In this document: one piece after another, positions 63,647 through 64,000 of the stretch
Layout of the letters: each line of letters opens with the position of its first letter
Numbering within the stretch: the stretch's first letter is position 1
NCBI RefSeq assembly: GCF_963924715.1
Contig: NC_089527.1
Location: 28,314,551-28,378,550, forward strand
Length of the DNA stretch: 64,000 bases
Source of the DNA: Thunnus thynnus
Taxonomy: Eukaryota
Reading direction: 5' to 3'
The notes under the pieces: generated by a model
The model's database searches: none
Told to the model about the DNA's origin: nothing
What the model saw: only the letters and a program-made list of their open reading frames with translations
Program-made: the position numbers and the translations under genes

Positions 63647-63647
<1 letters not shown>

Positions 63648-63700
<53 letters not shown>

Positions 63701-63712
63701 GGCATTCATATT
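63648..63712. repeat. (ATT)n microsatellite (a shorter tract at the homologous site 17466-17500).
   Basis: ttattattatt... more than 20 units. Confidence 0.9.
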
Positions 63713-64000
63713 AATTTTGATATCATTTTAAGAATTAAGAAACATGTAGTATTTGGTAACAGGCCGGATTTCAGTTCAGTTACTGAACTCTGTTCATTTC
63801 TACCGTTTTACAAGTGTGAGAATACACAGACACCTTCAGGTTCAGACCATACACAGACATACAATTAACAATTACACTGAACCTCCTCACTCAACAACCT
63901 ACTCTATTCACCTACTTCTTCTCTTTTCTTTCTATTCTCACTCTCTTGCGTTAAATTATTTTTTATTTATCATTATTATTTGTTATTTTATTTTTATTAA

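Overview
This window is eukaryotic, not prokaryotic. It is most likely a teleost-fish immune-gene locus. Its content is multi-exon genes with GT/AG introns, TATA and CCAAT promoter elements, microsatellites, a retroviral provirus, a LINE RT fragment and hAT-type DNA transposons. The supplied ORF track uses bacterial start codons (TTG and GTG are shown as M), so most tracked ORFs are artefacts. The real coding signal is split into short exons.

The main content is a tandem array of type II transmembrane C-type lectin receptor genes of the CD209/CLEC4/ASGR type. Each gene has a short cytoplasmic-tail exon, a TM exon, coiled-coil 'neck' exons and three CTLD exons.
- Gene A (3' part only): neck exons at 4541 and 5304, CTLD exons at 10010, 10856 and 11603, stop at 11753.
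- Gene A' (pseudogene): CTLD exons at 16472 and 16799, and an exon-3 remnant at 19131, truncated just before the provirus.
- Gene B (complete): 28134-43953.
- Gene C (complete): 46359-54769.
- Gene D (probable pseudogene): from 58051 to beyond 63074, continuing off the window.

Units A and B lie in a roughly 13-16 kb segmental duplication (1-13100 versus 29143-45300). A degraded gamma/epsilon-like endogenous retrovirus with gag-pro-pol-env on the minus strand sits at about 19318-27335, between the A' fragment and gene B. Other mobile elements:
- a non-autonomous hAT-like element in two copies (13106-14515 and 31004-32217, the latter with an 8-bp TSD);
- a LINE RT fragment (48082-49265, minus);
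- several unclassified interspersed repeats and microsatellites.

I see no evidence of any prokaryotic-type defence system. The points I find most interesting are:
- EPN versus QPD divergence of the sugar-binding motif among the tandem paralogs;
- modular duplication of phase-1/phase-1 neck exon-intron units;
- nonsense mutations shared by the A' and D pseudo-units;
- an ERV insertion immediately following the truncated A' CTLD exon-3 remnant (about 110 bp downstream);
- a hAT insertion that postdates the segmental duplication.
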